Source of the DNA: a candidate division WWE3 bacterium
GTDB taxonomy: Bacteria > Patescibacteriota > WWE3 > 2-01-FULL-39-13
DNA length: 64,000 nucleotides
Direction: 5' to 3'
NCBI GenBank assembly: GCA_943354835.1
Contig: CALRDH010000003.1
Span: 12,939 to 76,938 of the forward strand
This document shows positions 38,969 to 50,205 of the stretch, in pieces. The notes beneath the pieces are model-generated. The model was not told the DNA's origin and made no database searches. It worked only from the letters and a program-made list of their open reading frames with translations. The stretch's first letter is position 1. Each line of letters starts with the position of its first letter. The translations under genes and the position numbers were made by a program.

Positions 38969-41128
38969 TTATTTAGTACTTCCTAGCAAGACGTCTGATT
39001 TAGAAGATCCGTCTACTGTCACAAAAAAGCCAGAATCATCATAATCAACAACTATCTTGCTACCTTTTTTAGCAATATCATCAATAATTGCTTCTGAAAT
39101 CTTATTTTCTACACTTTTTTGAATCAGACGCTTTAATGGCCTTGCTCCCATATCCAAACTATAACCATCTTTCACCAAAGAATCTTTAGCCTTTTTTGTA
39201 ACTGAAACCTCAATATCACTTTCTGAAAGCAATTTAGCGACAGAATTTATCTCAATATCAACAATTTCTTTAACTTCAGACTCGCTTAACGGCTTGAATA
39301 TAATAATATCGTCAATACGATTCAAAAATTCAGGTTTAAACCTATTTTTTAGAGAATCTTGCAGACTATGCTTTATTCTTTTGTAAGCATCCTCAACTTT
39401 ATCGTCACTTTCAACATTCATGCTTAATTCTGAAAAACCAATCTTTGCGTGGTTTAAAAATTCAGAACCAACATTTGAAGTCAAAATAATTATTGTATTT
39501 TTGAAATCTACAAGACGACCATGCCCGTCTGTAAGCCTGCCATCATCCATAATTTGCAAAAGTGAATTGAAAATATCTGGATGCGCTTTTTCTACTTCAT
39601 CAAATAAAATAACGCTAAAAGGTTTTCGTCTAACCTTTTCTGTTAATTGACCGCCTTCATCGTATCCGACATAACCAGGAGGCGATCCAATAAGTCTTGC
39701 AACATTATGTCTTTCGTTATATTCACTCATATCAACACGAATAAGATAATCTTCAGATCCATATAAAACTGTTGCTAAAGCCTTTGCCATTTGCGTTTTA
39801 CCAACCCCAGTTGGGCCTAAAAACATAAAAACACCAATTGGTCTATTAAGTGGCTTAACACCAGCTCTTGCTCTTCTTATCGACTGTGAAACTATCTCTA
39901 CGGCCTCTTTTTGACCAACAACCATTTTCCCCATTTCGGATTCAAGATTTTTGAGCTTCTTTTTTTCATCTAGCGATAATTCACTAAGAGGAATTCCGGT
40001 TGCAGTAGAAACTACAGCTGCAACATGTTCAACTTTCAAAATTGGGACATTTTCAAGCTTAGTTTGGACCCATAAAGCTGTAAGTTCGTTTTTGACTTGG
40101 CTTAATAATGTAATTTTATCCTCGATCACTTGTCTTTTAACATCGTCTATTTCTTTTCTTGATTGATCTTCTAAACTTTCAATCTGCGTTAAAACTTCCC
40201 TTAAATTTTCAGGCTCTTTTAACGAAAGTTGAAGTCTTAAACCTGCGCCTGCTTCATCTATTAGATCAATTGCTTTATCAGGTTGAAATCTATCTGAAAC
40301 ATATCTTGAAGAAAGCTTTACAGCTGCCTCTAAAGCTTCATCGCTGATTATTATCTTATGATGTTCCTCATATCTTTTTCTTAAACCCTCAAGGATTTTA
40401 AATGTGTGTTCAGGTGAAGGTTCTTCTACCAAGATTTGTTGAAACCTTCTTTCTAAGGCTGCGTCTTTTTCTATAATTCTATATTCCTTTAGCGTTGTTG
40501 CACCAATCAATTGCAGTTCACCACGTGCCAAATAGGGCTTTAAAATATTAGATGCATCCATTGAACCTTGTGCACTTCCAGCACCGACCAATGAATGAAC
40601 CTCATCTATAAATAAAATTACCTGACCTTTTGTTTTTATAACTTCTTCAATAACTTCTTTTAACCTTTTTTCAAAAGATCCACGGTGAACAGTTCCTGCA
40701 AGCATTGCTGCTAAATCAAGTGCTACTAAGCGCTTTTTTCGCAAAGGCTCTGGAACCATATTTTGAACTAACTTTTGAGCAAGGCCTTCTACAATTGCTG
40801 TTTTTCCAACACCAGGCTCACCAATTAAAACTGGATTATTCTTTTTACGTCTTGATAAGATATGAATAACACGATCAATTTCTGCTTCACGTCCAATAAC
40901 AGGATCAAGATTTCCTTCTCTTGCATATTCTGTTAAATCTTTGCTGAATTGATTTAATGATTCTGTACCTTCTGATTCTTTTTGAAGCTCCGAAAAACAC
41001 TGATCACACAATGGCATATAGACAAGTCGCCCATTAATATTCATTGCTGTTTGTTGTTTTGCTTCCCTCTTTCTACAGTTGGAACACACGACCATAATTT
41101 TACCTTTCCCCAAAATATTATCACTCAA
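38969..41128 (-). CDS. ClpC/ClpE-like ATP-dependent Clp protease ATPase
   Basis: N-terminal CSNC..LCDQC zinc finger (ClpE-like), GEPGVGKT, GPTGVGKT, GSPPGYVGY, IGF loop; true start may be ATG 41095. Confidence 0.95.
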   Translation of the reverse strand: MSDNILGKGKIMVVCSNCRKREAKQQTAMNINGRLVYMPLCDQCFSELQKESEGTESLNQFSKDLTEYAREGNLDPVIGREAEIDRVIHILSRRKKNNPVLIGEPGVGKTAIVEGLAQKLVQNMVPEPLRKKRLVALDLAAMLAGTVHRGSFEKRLKEVIEEVIKTKGQVILFIDEVHSLVGAGSAQGSMDASNILKPYLARGELQLIGATTLKEYRIIEKDAALERRFQQILVEEPSPEHTFKILEGLRKRYEEHHKIIISDEALEAAVKLSSRYVSDRFQPDKAIDLIDEAGAGLRLQLSLKEPENLREVLTQIESLEDQSRKEIDDVKRQVIEDKITLLSQVKNELTALWVQTKLENVPILKVEHVAAVVSTATGIPLSELSLDEKKKLKNLESEMGKMVVGQKEAVEIVSQSIRRARAGVKPLNRPIGVFMFLGPTGVGKTQMAKALATVLYGSEDYLIRVDMSEYNERHNVARLIGSPPGYVGYDEGGQLTEKVRRKPFSVILFDEVEKAHPDIFNSLLQIMDDGRLTDGHGRLVDFKNTIIILTSNVGSEFLNHAKIGFSELSMNVESDDKVEDAYKRIKHSLQDSLKNRFKPEFLNRIDDIIIFKPLSESEVKEIVDIEINSVAKLLSESDIEVSVTKKAKDSLVKDGYSLDMGARPLKRLIQKSVENKISEAIIDDIAKKGSKIVVDYDDSGFFVTVDGSSKSDVLLGSTK

Positions 41129-41151
41129 AGGCGATCATTGCCAGAATCAAT

Positions 41152-44100
41152 TTACCCCCAATTTATACTAACTACAAGAGGCATTTTTGAAACCATATCC
41201 AAAAGAATTTCCTTCTTAACGTTCTTTTTCATTTTAAATTTTCTTATCTTCCCACCACTTGGAATATTTAATACTACTTCTATATTTCCCGGATTTTCAA
41301 AAAGCAAATCTCGAAGCTGCTCAAGATCGCTTGAAGTCGCGTGCTCAATAATTTCTAATGTTGCGACTTCTGTTTTTGACATTTTTGGCATTTCAAATTC
41401 CGAAACATCAGTATTTTCTGAATCATCTGCAATAACCCTAACCATATTAACTATTAATGTCATTTCTCCATTTCGCATATTACATTTTCCACGAACCAAA
41501 GCAACATCGCCTGCTTTTATAATATCTTTGTATTTTATATAATCCCTTGGAAACAAAACCGCCTCAATTGTTTTGTAAGTGTCTTCAAGTGTCAAAAACG
41601 CCATTGCGTCACCACTTTTAGTCGATATCTTTTTGATACTTGAGATTAAACATCCTACAGCAACGTCTTGAGCATCCTTTAGATCGACTTTACCAAGAAC
41701 GGAAATATTCAATTTCGCAAGCTTTGAAGCAATATTTTGCATAGGATGAGAAGTAAAATAGATTCCGAGCAAATCTTTTTCCCAACTTAAACGATCAGAA
41801 AGTTTAGCTTTTGGAACATCAGGCAATATAGTTGCTTTTACAATTTTTACAGCACCATCTGAACCTCCAAACATACCAAGCTGACCTGCTTTGTTTTTTT
41901 GAATTTCTTTTGAGCTTGAGGATAAAATTCCAGGGTACGCAGAAAGCATTGAAGCAATATCGCCAAAAGAATCCATTGCTCCTACTTTAATTAGTGACTC
42001 AAGCGTCCTTGAGTTTGCGGTTGAAACTCGCATGCAAACTTCATCTAGGCTTTTAAATTCACCGTTTTCGTTGCGTTCTTTAATAATTTCAGAAACAACG
42101 TTGGCCCCAACATTTTTAATTCCATCAAGTCCATACCTAATTCCAGAATCACCTTCTGGAACAAATTCAGCATGACTTTTATTAATATCAGGAGGCAAAA
42201 TCGCAAGTCCGATGTGTTTTGCTTCTTCTAAAGCCACAATAAGTTTATCTGGATGGCTCATGTCGGCTGTTAATCTTGCACACATAAATTCAACAGGAAA
42301 ATGTGCTTTCAAATAGGCAGTCCAATAACCAATAACTCCATATGCCGCAGAGTGGGCTTTATTAAATCCATAGTTTGCAAATTCGACCATATACTCAAAA
42401 AGCTTCTTTCCAATTTCTTCTGTGTAACCATTTTTTATACAACCATCAACGAATGTTTTTTCTTGTGCATTCATTATTGCCATGACTTTTTTACCCATAG
42501 CTCTTCGCAAAATATCGGCTTGACCCATTGAATAGCCTGCAATATCCACTGCAATTCTAATAACTTGCTCTTGATAAATTAAATATCCATATGTATTTCC
42601 TAAAATTGGCTTTAGTTCTGGTATTAAGTATTCCTGATCTTTTTTACCGTGCTTGCAATCAATATATGGTTGTATAAATTGCATTGGGCCTGGCCTATAG
42701 GCGGCGGCCATAAAACAAAGATCTTCCAAATTTTCAGGATGGAGTTCTTTTAGATATCTTTTCATTCCAGCTGATTCAAATTGGAAAACTGCAGTTGTGT
42801 TTCCTTCTTGAAATAACTTGAAAGTTTTTTCATCATCTTCAGGAATTGTGTAAATATCAATTTCTTGACCTGTACGTTTTTTTATTAACTTTAAGGCATA
42901 ATCAATAATCGATAAGTTTGAAAGTCCAAGAAAATCAAATTTCATGAGGCCTAAATATTCAAGCGGAGCAAATTCGATTTGAGTTATAACTTTTTCGCTT
43001 GTTCCAGTTTCTGTTTGAAGCGGAACATACTCAACATTTGGCTTTGGAGTTATTAAATGACCACAAGCATGAGTTGAAACATGCCTACAAAGTCCATCTA
43101 TCTTCGAAACAACTCGGGCCATTTCAGAAAGTCTTGGACTTGACTCAACAATACCTTTAAATTCGTGATTATGCTCAATCATCCAATCAATTGCTTTTGG
43201 CTTTCCATAAACTACTTCAACAAGTTTTGATAATGTATCTGCAGTTGAAAGATCAATTCCCATAACACGAGAAACATCACGTATAGCATTTCGAGTTTTA
43301 AGTCTTCCAAAAGCAGCGACTCCGCAAAGATTTTCTTTACCATATTTTTCTTCGACATAAGAAATAAGCTCGGAACGACGATTATCTTGAATATCCATAT
43401 CAATATCAGGAGGACTTTCGCGCTCTGGATTTAAAAACCTTTCAAAATATAACTCCCATTTAATTGGTTCTATATTTATAATTTCTAAACAATATGCAAC
43501 AACGCTTCCGCCAACAGAACCCCTTGCCCCTACAATAATTCCTTTGCTTCTTGCCCATTTCATCATGTCAGAAACGACTAAAAAGTAATCATCATAACCT
43601 TTGTCATGTATAACAGTAAGTTCTTCTTCCAAACGAGATTTTAATTCTTCAGTGATTTCGCCATATTTAATTTCTGCACCAGAATAAGCCATCTCTCTTA
43701 GAACATCTCCTGCAGTTTTTCCTTTTGGAATATCTGGAAATGATGGCTGAACGCGATCATATGTAATATCGTAATCCTCAACAGAATCAGCTAGTCTTTG
43801 TGTGTTTATTATTACCTCTGGTAGATCAGAAAAAATTTCAGACATCTCTTCTGTGGTTTTTATATATGTGTGTTTATATGGAAGCCTTCTTGTCGGATCT
43901 TCCAAAGTTTTTCCATCTTTGATTGCAAATAAGACTTCTTGCGTAAATTCATCTGAATCATCAAGATAATGTGCATCTGTTGTAGCGATTAGTGGGAGAT
44001 TATATTCTTTTGACCACTTTATTAATTCTGTGTTGATTGCTGATTGCTCCTTCATAAAATCAGTTGCATCTTTTGGCAATACGTCAGAACCAGAAAGCCC

Positions 44101-44646
44101 GTGTCTTTGAAGTTCCAAATAAAAATTGTCTTTATAAACTTTCGATAAATATTCAAGCCATTCTTTTGCTTTATTATTTTGTCCTGCAAGAATATGGCGA
44201 CCTAAAGGGCCTGCTGGGCAAGCCGACGTGCAAATTAAGCCTTCAGAATATTTTTCAAGAATTTCTTTATCCACTCTTGGCCTATAATAAAAACCTTCGA
44301 GATGACCAATTGAAACAAGCTTTATAAGGTTGTGATATCCGACTAGGTTTTTTGCTAACAAAACCAAGTGATAATATCTAATACCATCAACATCTTGGCG
44401 AAGCGTTCTTTCAGTTGGCGCAACATAAATCTCACAGCCTATAATTGGCTTAACTCCGCCTTCGTGACAAGCTTTCCAAAATTCAAACATTCCATACATA
44501 ACACCGTGATCAGTTAAAGCAACTGCGTTCATTCCTGAATTTTTTACCTTTTCAACAAGCTTTGGAATTTTATTTAATCCATCAAGCATTGAATATTCAG
44601 TATGTACATGCAAATGAACAAATGAAGGTTTAATTTCTTCGGACAT
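41152..44646 (-). CDS. dnaE: DNA polymerase III alpha subunit
   Basis: FVHLHVHTEYSMLDG, FERFLNPER..PDIDMD, KFDFLGL, YGFNKAHS. Confidence 0.98.
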   Translation of the reverse strand: MSEEIKPSFVHLHVHTEYSMLDGLNKIPKLVEKVKNSGMNAVALTDHGVMYGMFEFWKACHEGGVKPIIGCEIYVAPTERTLRQDVDGIRYYHLVLLAKNLVGYHNLIKLVSIGHLEGFYYRPRVDKEILEKYSEGLICTSACPAGPLGRHILAGQNNKAKEWLEYLSKVYKDNFYLELQRHGLSGSDVLPKDATDFMKEQSAINTELIKWSKEYNLPLIATTDAHYLDDSDEFTQEVLFAIKDGKTLEDPTRRLPYKHTYIKTTEEMSEIFSDLPEVIINTQRLADSVEDYDITYDRVQPSFPDIPKGKTAGDVLREMAYSGAEIKYGEITEELKSRLEEELTVIHDKGYDDYFLVVSDMMKWARSKGIIVGARGSVGGSVVAYCLEIINIEPIKWELYFERFLNPERESPPDIDMDIQDNRRSELISYVEEKYGKENLCGVAAFGRLKTRNAIRDVSRVMGIDLSTADTLSKLVEVVYGKPKAIDWMIEHNHEFKGIVESSPRLSEMARVVSKIDGLCRHVSTHACGHLITPKPNVEYVPLQTETGTSEKVITQIEFAPLEYLGLMKFDFLGLSNLSIIDYALKLIKKRTGQEIDIYTIPEDDEKTFKLFQEGNTTAVFQFESAGMKRYLKELHPENLEDLCFMAAAYRPGPMQFIQPYIDCKHGKKDQEYLIPELKPILGNTYGYLIYQEQVIRIAVDIAGYSMGQADILRRAMGKKVMAIMNAQEKTFVDGCIKNGYTEEIGKKLFEYMVEFANYGFNKAHSAAYGVIGYWTAYLKAHFPVEFMCARLTADMSHPDKLIVALEEAKHIGLAILPPDINKSHAEFVPEGDSGIRYGLDGIKNVGANVVSEIIKERNENGEFKSLDEVCMRVSTANSRTLESLIKVGAMDSFGDIASMLSAYPGILSSSSKEIQKNKAGQLGMFGGSDGAVKIVKATILPDVPKAKLSDRLSWEKDLLGIYFTSHPMQNIASKLAKLNISVLGKVDLKDAQDVAVGCLISSIKKISTKSGDAMAFLTLEDTYKTIEAVLFPRDYIKYKDIIKAGDVALVRGKCNMRNGEMTLIVNMVRVIADDSENTDVSEFEMPKMSKTEVATLEIIEHATSSDLEQLRDLLFENPGNIEVVLNIPSGGKIRKFKMKKNVKKEILLDMVSKMPLVVSINWG

Positions 44647-44651
44647 AAAAA

Positions 44652-46313
44652 CTATTTTAGCAGAGAGGCTTTTATAAACTCTATAAAAAGCGGATGTGGA
44701 TCTAAAGGCCTTGATTTATATTCAGGATGGCCTTGTGTTGCAATAAAAAACGGATGCTTTTCTTTTGGAAGCTCAATAAATTCTACAAAAAAATTATCAG
44801 GAGATGTTCCAGAAACAACAAGACCTGCTTTTTCTAATTTTTCTCTATATGCATTGTTAAATTCATACCTATGACGATGTCTTTCACGTACTAGACCATC
44901 TTTACCTTTTTCAAACTTATTATGTTCTTTATAAATTTCATAGGCTAATGAATCTTTTTTCAAAATACAATCAAAAGTTCCAAGCCTCATCGAACATCCG
45001 TCTCCTTTTATAGTTTGATATTTCGCATCAAAAGGAATTTCATAAATTATTGGATTATCTGTATCTGGATTTACTTCTACTGTATTCGCATCGGATAAAC
45101 CCAAAACATCCCTGGCAAATTCAACGCAAGCAAGTTGCATACCATAGCAAAGACCCAAATATGGAATTTTATTTTCGCGTGCAAATTTAATCGCCTCTAT
45201 TTTGCCATCAACTCCGCGTGAACCCCAACCTATAGGGACTATAATTCCATCTGCATCCTTTAATGCCACATCCATGTTTCCGGCTTCTAGTTCTGAATTT
45301 ACAAATAAAAGCTCAACTTGCGTGTCATTAAAAACACTTGCGTGCTCGATAGATTTAACAAGAGCATAATATGAATCAATCAATTGAGAATTTCCAGTCG
45401 AAAAATACTTTCCAACGATTGCAATCTTTACTTTATTCTTCATTTTAGACTTAAGCGTATTTACATAATTTTCCCAGCTACTTAAATCAATTTCTGGTTT
45501 TTCTTTCATATCAAAGAATTTTAAAATCCTTGAATCTAGGCCTTGTTCATGAAGCCTTAATGGAACTCTGTCAGCTGTATCAAGATTTTCGTTTGAAAAA
45601 ATATCCTCTTTTAATATGTCAAATTTATGTGAAAACTTATATTTTCTTTGATCATCAATAGGAATTTCACTTCGAATAACTAAGAAATCAGGATAAATTC
45701 CCATTGTCATTAAAGCTTTTATTCCAAATTGTGCTGGTTTTGTTTTCGGTTCTCCTACATGAACAGGAACTGGAACATATGTAACATGAACATGCGCAAC
45801 AGGAGCCTTTTTGGCAAGTCTTCTTGCGGCCTCATAATATAGACCATTATTGTTTTCGTATTCGCCAACGGTTCCACCAAGCTCGATGACTATAAAATCG
45901 GCCTTACTATTTTCGGCCGCAACCATATATCTTCTAATAATTTCATTAACGACATCTGGATTTGGCTCGACATCTTCGCCGTTATATTTCATCTGGCGCT
46001 CATCATTAATTACCTTAAGATAAAGCTGTCCCATAGTTATAAAATTATCGTACCCGACTTCTTGCTCGAGGAATCTTTCATAGTTTCCCAAATCTATGTC
46101 AGACTCACATCCATCAAAACACAAAAATGGATCACCGTGTTCAATAGGGTTAATTGTTCCGAAATCAACGTTTAAATTATTCTCGCATTTAATTGGACAA
46201 ACAGTGTATCCGTGCTTTTTTAGAAGCATTGAAATTGATGCAGAAGTTACTCCTTTTCCTAAAGCGCTCATAACACCACCAGAAACAAATATAAATTTTG
46301 GAGAAGTACTCAT
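44652..46313 (-). CDS. pyrG: CTP synthase
   Basis: GGVMSALGKG, KTKPAQ, GLCYGMQ, RHRHRYE, HPEY. Confidence 0.98.
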   Translation of the reverse strand: MSTSPKFIFVSGGVMSALGKGVTSASISMLLKKHGYTVCPIKCENNLNVDFGTINPIEHGDPFLCFDGCESDIDLGNYERFLEQEVGYDNFITMGQLYLKVINDERQMKYNGEDVEPNPDVVNEIIRRYMVAAENSKADFIVIELGGTVGEYENNNGLYYEAARRLAKKAPVAHVHVTYVPVPVHVGEPKTKPAQFGIKALMTMGIYPDFLVIRSEIPIDDQRKYKFSHKFDILKEDIFSNENLDTADRVPLRLHEQGLDSRILKFFDMKEKPEIDLSSWENYVNTLKSKMKNKVKIAIVGKYFSTGNSQLIDSYYALVKSIEHASVFNDTQVELLFVNSELEAGNMDVALKDADGIIVPIGWGSRGVDGKIEAIKFARENKIPYLGLCYGMQLACVEFARDVLGLSDANTVEVNPDTDNPIIYEIPFDAKYQTIKGDGCSMRLGTFDCILKKDSLAYEIYKEHNKFEKGKDGLVRERHRHRYEFNNAYREKLEKAGLVVSGTSPDNFFVEFIELPKEKHPFFIATQGHPEYKSRPLDPHPLFIEFIKASLLK

Positions 46314-46342
46314 TTAGTGATTCTATCAGAAAGATCACAGAA

Positions 46343-47623
46343 TCAAGCTAGGAGTTTATTCAATATTGAAGCGACAATTTGAGCATCAGCCTTACCTTGA
46401 GTAGACTTCATAACTTGACCAATTAAAAATTGCATTGCAGAAGCATTTCCCGACTTAAAATCAGAAACAACTTTTGAGTTTTCATTTATAACTGTTTCCA
46501 CTATAGGGGAAAGAATAGCTTCGTCTGTTATTTTCGATGTTTTCTTTAACTTTTCTATTTTGTCGATTTCTAAAGGCGACTTTTCTTTGTATTCAGATAT
46601 ATTTACGACAAAGTTCGCGGACTCTGAAGGGGAATAACCTAAATCCATAACAGCCAAATACTTTTCATACAAAGAAAAGTCGCCAACTAGTCTTAAAATA
46701 TATTGGTCATTCAAACCTTTTTCTTTTAATTTCAATCTTAATTCTGAAGGAAGCAAAACGTCTCGCGTCGTAATTTCGGACATCCATTTATCATCGACCT
46801 CTATTTCTGGAATATCTGGTTCAGGGAAATATCTATAATCATTTGCTTCTTCTTTGCTTCTTTGCGAAAAAGTTTTGCCTGTAACTTCATTAAATCCACG
46901 CGTTTCTTGAACAAGCACTTCGCCATTAACTAAAGTTTCAGCCTGACGTCGCAATTCATGCTGCAATGCTTTTTTCATAAACGAAAATGAATTAATATTT
47001 TTCATTTCAACTCTATAATTTGGAAGTTCAACTTGTCCCGGCTTTCTAACTGAAATGTTTGCCTCAAGCCTCATATTGCCTTTTTCCATATCCGCTTCGC
47101 TTACACCAAGATATCTTGCTATTAATTGGATTTCTTTGCAGAATTCAACAGCTTGATCAATATCAGTAAAATCTGGCTCCGTTACAATTTCTAAAAGCGG
47201 AACTCCGGACTTATTAAAATCGATTAATGTTAAATCGTCTGTATGTATTGATTTTGCAGTGTCTTCTTCTAAATGAATTTCCCTAAAATTTATGCCGTTT
47301 AAACTTCCACCAACTGCGATTGGATTATGTGGACATGTTAATTGAAATCCTTTTGGCAAATCAGGATAAAAATAATTTTTTCTTTCATATATTATTTTTG
47401 TTTGAAGTTTTGCGCCAACTGAATGTGCGAATAATTGAGCATTTTTTAAAGCATTAAGATTTGGAACCGGCATAGCCCCAGGAAGCCCCAAACAAACTGG
47501 ACAAACATTCGTATTGGCATCACTTTCAAATGGGTCATTCTTACATCCACAAAACATTTTAGAATCCGTGTTAAGTTGCATGTGAATCTCAAGACCTAAT
47601 ACCATTGAATAATCTTGTGTCAT
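46343..47623 (-). CDS. gatB: Asp/Glu-tRNA amidotransferase subunit B
   Basis: GLEIH, RKNYFYPDLPKG, HLEED, DYRYFPEPD. Confidence 0.98.
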   Translation of the reverse strand: MTQDYSMVLGLEIHMQLNTDSKMFCGCKNDPFESDANTNVCPVCLGLPGAMPVPNLNALKNAQLFAHSVGAKLQTKIIYERKNYFYPDLPKGFQLTCPHNPIAVGGSLNGINFREIHLEEDTAKSIHTDDLTLIDFNKSGVPLLEIVTEPDFTDIDQAVEFCKEIQLIARYLGVSEADMEKGNMRLEANISVRKPGQVELPNYRVEMKNINSFSFMKKALQHELRRQAETLVNGEVLVQETRGFNEVTGKTFSQRSKEEANDYRYFPEPDIPEIEVDDKWMSEITTRDVLLPSELRLKLKEKGLNDQYILRLVGDFSLYEKYLAVMDLGYSPSESANFVVNISEYKEKSPLEIDKIEKLKKTSKITDEAILSPIVETVINENSKVVSDFKSGNASAMQFLIGQVMKSTQGKADAQIVASILNKLLA

Positions 47624-49011
47624 TTTGAGATCCTTTCAAAATTATATCCAAGATTGTATAAATTCTTTTCAGAAAAATGGTCACCTATAAGTTGAATTCC
47701 AACTGGCAAACCTTTGCTACTAAAGCCACATGGAAGTGATAAGGCTGGAAGACCTGCAAGATTTACTGGGACCGTCAAAATATCCATTAAATAATTTTTC
47801 ATAGGGTCATCTACAACTTCACCAATTTTAGGAGGCATTACAGGTGAAACAGGCGCCAAAATAGCATCAACTTTTTCAAATGCTTTTTTGAAATCTTGAA
47901 TAATCAGTGTTCTAACTTTTTGAGCTTTTACATAAAACTCGTCATAAAACCCTGCAGAAAGTGCATATGTTCCAATCATTATTCGCCTTTTTGCTTCATC
48001 ACCAAATTTATCTCTATCAAAACCAAATCTGATTCCATCAAATCGAGCAAGATTTGATGAAACTTCTGACAAAGTGATTACATAATACGACGCCAATGCG
48101 TATTCGCTATTTGGCAGACTTATATCAATAATTTCGGCTCCTAATTTTTCATAAATGTTAATTGCAGATTTTGTTTTTTCTAAAATTTCAGAATCAATTT
48201 CATCAGATAAATATTCTTTAACAATTCCGATTTTCTTGCCTTTGATATCAGCACCTATATTTTCTAAATAATTCTCAACTGGATGTTTTGATGTTGTTGC
48301 ATCAAATGGATCAAAACCTGCTGTTTGTGAAAGTACAAGCGCCGAGTCCTCGGCTGATGTCGTAATGTGCCCAATAGAATCAAGAGACGACGACATTGCA
48401 AATATTCCGTATCTTGAAACTCTTCCATATGTTGGTTTTATGGCAACAGTATTTGTAAACGATGCTGGATTTCGTAAAGATCCACCTGTATCTGTTCCTG
48501 TTGCAAATACAACCATTTCAGATGCTACGGCGGCCCCCGTCCCACTTGAAGAACCCCCTGCCACCCTACTTTTATCATATGGATTTTTTGTGGGTCCAAA
48601 ATCACTATTTTCACCAGTTGCTCCATGAGCAAAAGCATCACAATTTAATTTTCCTAAAGAAATTCCTCCAGAACTTTTTAATTTGGAAACAACAGTCGCA
48701 TCATAAACGGGAATGTAATCTTCTAATATCTTTGAAGCTGCGGTAGTTTTTACGTCTTTTGTAGAAAAAATATCCTTATGCGCAAGTGGAATTCCAAGCA
48801 AAGGCATTTTAGAAAAAAGTTCATCAAGATTTTCTGACTTTGAAATAAGATCGTCAACATTTGAAGCTTCTTTTATAGCCGAATCATTTGTAACAGTAAT
48901 AAATGCATTTATGTCGGGGTTTTCGGATTCAATTTTGTTCAAGTATGATTTTGTCAATTCCAAAGCACTAATCTCTTTGTTTTTTAATTTGGAAATTATA
49001 TCTGCAATCAT
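47620..49011 (-). CDS. gatA: Asp/Glu-tRNA amidotransferase subunit A
   Basis: Amidase signature GGSSSG, GTDTGGS, KPTYGRVSRYG. Confidence 0.98.
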   Translation of the reverse strand: MIADIISKLKNKEISALELTKSYLNKIESENPDINAFITVTNDSAIKEASNVDDLISKSENLDELFSKMPLLGIPLAHKDIFSTKDVKTTAASKILEDYIPVYDATVVSKLKSSGGISLGKLNCDAFAHGATGENSDFGPTKNPYDKSRVAGGSSSGTGAAVASEMVVFATGTDTGGSLRNPASFTNTVAIKPTYGRVSRYGIFAMSSSLDSIGHITTSAEDSALVLSQTAGFDPFDATTSKHPVENYLENIGADIKGKKIGIVKEYLSDEIDSEILEKTKSAINIYEKLGAEIIDISLPNSEYALASYYVITLSEVSSNLARFDGIRFGFDRDKFGDEAKRRIMIGTYALSAGFYDEFYVKAQKVRTLIIQDFKKAFEKVDAILAPVSPVMPPKIGEVVDDPMKNYLMDILTVPVNLAGLPALSLPCGFSSKGLPVGIQLIGDHFSEKNLYNLGYNFERISK

Positions 49012-49295
49012 TTAAATACCCCTTTCGTTGCGACATGATTATTCTTCGTGTTTTTTGCATTTTTTAATACATCCTCTAATTTAAAAGTTCGTGAAGAATC
49101 GTCAACTTGGAATCTATTTTTTGTATCTGAAATTGGATGAAAAGTTGGAATTACGTTTGAAGTATCGACTTCATCAAGCTTTTTTACATATGAAAGAATC
49201 GACTTGATTTGTGAAAAAAACTTTTCGACTTCATTTTCATTTAATTGAAGTTTAGCTAGCTTCGCGATCTTTAATATTTCTTCTTTACTTATCAT
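49008..49295 (-). CDS. gatC: Asp/Glu-tRNA amidotransferase subunit C
   Basis: IAKLAKL..ILSYVKKLDEVDT; directly upstream of gatA. Confidence 0.95.
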   Translation of the reverse strand: MISKEEILKIAKLAKLQLNENEVEKFFSQIKSILSYVKKLDEVDTSNVIPTFHPISDTKNRFQVDDSSRTFKLEDVLKNAKNTKNNHVATKGVFK

Positions 49296-49302
49296 AATAA
49301 TT

Positions 49303-50202
49303 TTACATTGATCTCAAACGACGTATACGTTCAGAAACAGGAGGATGTGTTTCAAATAAGTTTGCAAATTTGCTCGAGTTTTGACCTTTTCTTAAAGGAT
49401 TTGAAATATACATATGAGCAGTTGCTTCATTTGCGACCTCTAAGGCTTCGGTATCGGCAGAAATCTTTTCTAAAGCGAGTGCAAGACCTTCAGGGTCACG
49501 AGTTAGAAGGGCAGCTGATGCATCTGCTAAATATTCTCTGTTTCTAGAAACAGCAAGTTTAATAAGTTGTGCAATTATAGGACTTAAAATAAGAAGAACA
49601 ATTCCAATAATCATAACTATTCCACCTATGTTTTTATTTCTATCATTGCCACGAAATCCTCCTCTTAGAAAAATATTTGCCATCATTGAAATTGAACCAA
49701 CAAGAACAACAACAATTGTCATGAGTCTAATATCATAATTTTTAATATGAGAAAGTTCGTGAGCTATAACGGCTTCAATTTCACGCTTATTTAGTTTTTC
49801 GACCAAGCCTTTCGTAATAGCTACAACTGCATGATCAGGATCGCGCCCTGTAGCAAATGCATTTGTTGCTGTGTCATTAATAAGATATAAATCTGGAATT
49901 TTTTTAAGTCCTGAACCTATGCAGAGATTATCTAGAATGCCATAGACTTGGGGTAATGTTTCACGCGAGACTTTTTTTGCGCCGGCTATCCCGAGAACTA
50001 ATTTGTCAGAAAAATAGTAACTAGAAACCGACGACAACGAAGAAAACATGACCGCAATTAACATGACGGGATAGCCGGCGCCCTCTCCCACAAAAACTTC
50101 ACCAAAGAAAAATCCAAGTATAGTAACAACAATTACAAACACAAACATTATAATTACAGTTTCTCTTTTATTCGATGAAATCTGATCGTAAATCGTCGTC
50201 AT
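49303..50202 (-). CDS. htpX: M48 zinc metalloprotease HtpX
   Basis: NAFATG, AHELSH, SRNREYLAD, THPP. Confidence 0.96.
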   Translation of the reverse strand: MTTIYDQISSNKRETVIIMFVFVIVVTILGFFFGEVFVGEGAGYPVMLIAVMFSSLSSVSSYYFSDKLVLGIAGAKKVSRETLPQVYGILDNLCIGSGLKKIPDLYLINDTATNAFATGRDPDHAVVAITKGLVEKLNKREIEAVIAHELSHIKNYDIRLMTIVVVLVGSISMMANIFLRGGFRGNDRNKNIGGIVMIIGIVLLILSPIIAQLIKLAVSRNREYLADASAALLTRDPEGLALALEKISADTEALEVANEATAHMYISNPLRKGQNSSKFANLFETHPPVSERIRRLRSM

Positions 50203-50205
50203 ATT